64,000 nt of DNA from a candidate division TM6 bacterium GW2011_GWF2_32_72 (GTDB lineage: Bacteria > Babelota > Babeliae > Babelales > CAIQNR01): NCBI GenBank assembly GCA_945882015.1, contig CAMCVM010000003.1, positions 33,342-97,341 of the forward strand, written 5' to 3'. Below the pieces are notes generated by a model, which was not told where the DNA came from, searched no databases, and saw nothing but the letters and a program-made list of their open reading frames with translations. Shown here one piece after another: positions 62,998 through 64,000 of this stretch. The position numbers were made by a program, and so were the translations under genes. Position 1 is the first letter of the stretch, and each line of letters opens with the position of its first letter.

Positions 62998-63249
62998 ATG
63001 GCAAAGACAAAATCAGAAATCACAGAAACGGTAACAACATTGGTTGCTCAAATTCTTGAAAAAGAAGACACCATTTCAATTATTCCAGCAGTCCACTTAA
63101 AAGATTTAGGAATGGACCAGTTTGATGTTATTGAATTGGCCATGAAGTTAGAAGATCAATTAAGTATTGCAATTGATGATAAAGAGATTGAGCATTTTGA
63201 TTCAATTGAAAGCGTGGTTGAATGTGTTGCAGGCAAAAAGGTAGAGTAG
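62998..63249 (+). CDS. acyl carrier protein homolog lacking the phosphopantetheine-attachment serine
   Basis: 83 aa and acidic. LKDLGMDQFDVIELAMKLEDQL aligns with ACP DLGADSLDTVELVM. The DSL serine codon is CAG (Gln). Confidence 0.75.
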   Translation: MAKTKSEITETVTTLVAQILEKEDTISIIPAVHLKDLGMDQFDVIELAMKLEDQLSIAIDDKEIEHFDSIESVVECVAGKKVE

Positions 63250-63276
63250 ACGACGTCCATTAATAAAAGAAAGAAG

Positions 63277-64000
63277 ATGAAAGTGAAGTTTTTTAAGATA
63301 ATAGTTTTATTGATTCCATTGCTCTGTAATGCGGTACCACATGGTTCTGAATACGATTGCATGTTGGTGTCTTTACCAGCAAGTGGAAGTTCTTTTTTTG
63401 CGGCAGCAATAGCCAAAAGTAACCAAAATGTACGGTATAATTCTGAACAACTTACTCGGCAATGGGGTGGAATTAATTATGTTAAATATTTACCGGAAGG
63501 TCAGTTAAAAGGTCTTTATAATAGTCGCTTTGCAAGAACAGATTATAATTTTACTAAAGAAGTTTTTATGAGTCTGCACACCGGGCTTTGGATACAACGT
63601 TTTACTGTGTTTTGTTTGTATAGAAAGCGGCAGCATACTTTCCCCTGTAAGAAACATACCCAATATTTTTTAGATATGTTTAAAGAATTTGTTACATTGC
63701 CTTGTCCAGATCAGATAAAAGAGTCGGTAAGAACTTATATTAAAAAAAATGCTCATACTGATTTAGAAAAGCAGGTGGCAATACATACGCTACTTAATTA
63801 TATTATGTGTTCTGATGCTCAAAAATATGGCCTTAATGTTATAGAATATGCACAAATAATGCAATTAGAGGGGCCACAATTACACGAGTATTTAGAAAAT
63901 AAAGTTCCAAAGCAATTAATGACTCATCAATTAGTTAGTCAAATACTTGTAGATCGTTTTGAAGATTCAGATTTTTTAAGTAAAAGAGAACAAAATTATC
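63277..64000 (+). CDS. hypothetical secreted protein (partial; runs off the right edge of the window)
   Basis: The frame is open from ATG 63277 to the window end and is absent from the ORF track. The N-terminus is MKVKFFKIIVLLIPLLCNA. SLPASGSSFF faintly resembles a sulfotransferase PAPS-loop, which I treat as not established. Confidence 0.5.
   Translation, partial: MKVKFFKIIVLLIPLLCNAVPHGSEYDCMLVSLPASGSSFFAAAIAKSNQNVRYNSEQLTRQWGGINYVKYLPEGQLKGLYNSRFARTDYNFTKEVFMSLHTGLWIQRFTVFCLYRKRQHTFPCKKHTQYFLDMFKEFVTLPCPDQIKESVRTYIKKNAHTDLEKQVAIHTLLNYIMCSDAQKYGLNVIEYAQIMQLEGPQLHEYLENKVPKQLMTHQLVSQILVDRFEDSDFLSKREQNY

Overview
This is an AT-rich (about mid-30s % GC by eye), densely coded bacterial chromosomal window. 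Housekeeping genes are ftsH, an IMPase-family gene, rpmB, rpsT, PBP2/mrdA, a Xer-type recombinase, thrS, PIN-PhoH, rpmH-rnpA-yidD, trxB, tig, tRNA-Leu(UAG), tRNA-Lys(CUU), frr, tsf, argS, mnmA, pgsA, ssb, grpE, lepA, gyrA, dprA, rpmF and gltX. They are interleaved with many lineage-specific genes for signal-peptide proteins with no recognisable family. I found no rRNA, CRISPR array, transposase or prophage genes. Eukaryote-type LRR proteins, decayed fatty-acid genes, a histone-H1-like protein and many orphan secreted proteins suggest a reduced, host-associated bacterium, perhaps Dependentiae/TM6-like; that is inference only.

Most notable observations:
1. Two inverted copies of a GC-rich, hairpin-dense ~355-380 bp element show compensatory substitutions. 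They bracket an ~11.1 kb segment carrying two paralogous modules of outer-membrane beta-barrel plus ~930-aa secreted protein.
2. An MntA/HepT (NTase/HEPN) toxin-antitoxin cassette sits inside that segment. It is flanked by 47-bp direct repeats that are a duplicated sigma70-like promoter.
3. A five-gene tandem array of secreted proteins has an HExxH motif intact in three members and lost in two. Relic copies of the neighbouring gene's 3' end mark the duplication junctions.
4. A FabD-like gene and an ACP-like gene have both lost their key serines.
5. A membrane-anchored sigma54-activator-like protein has a degenerate ATPase core.

All family calls come from motifs read by eye and need HMM or BLAST confirmation.
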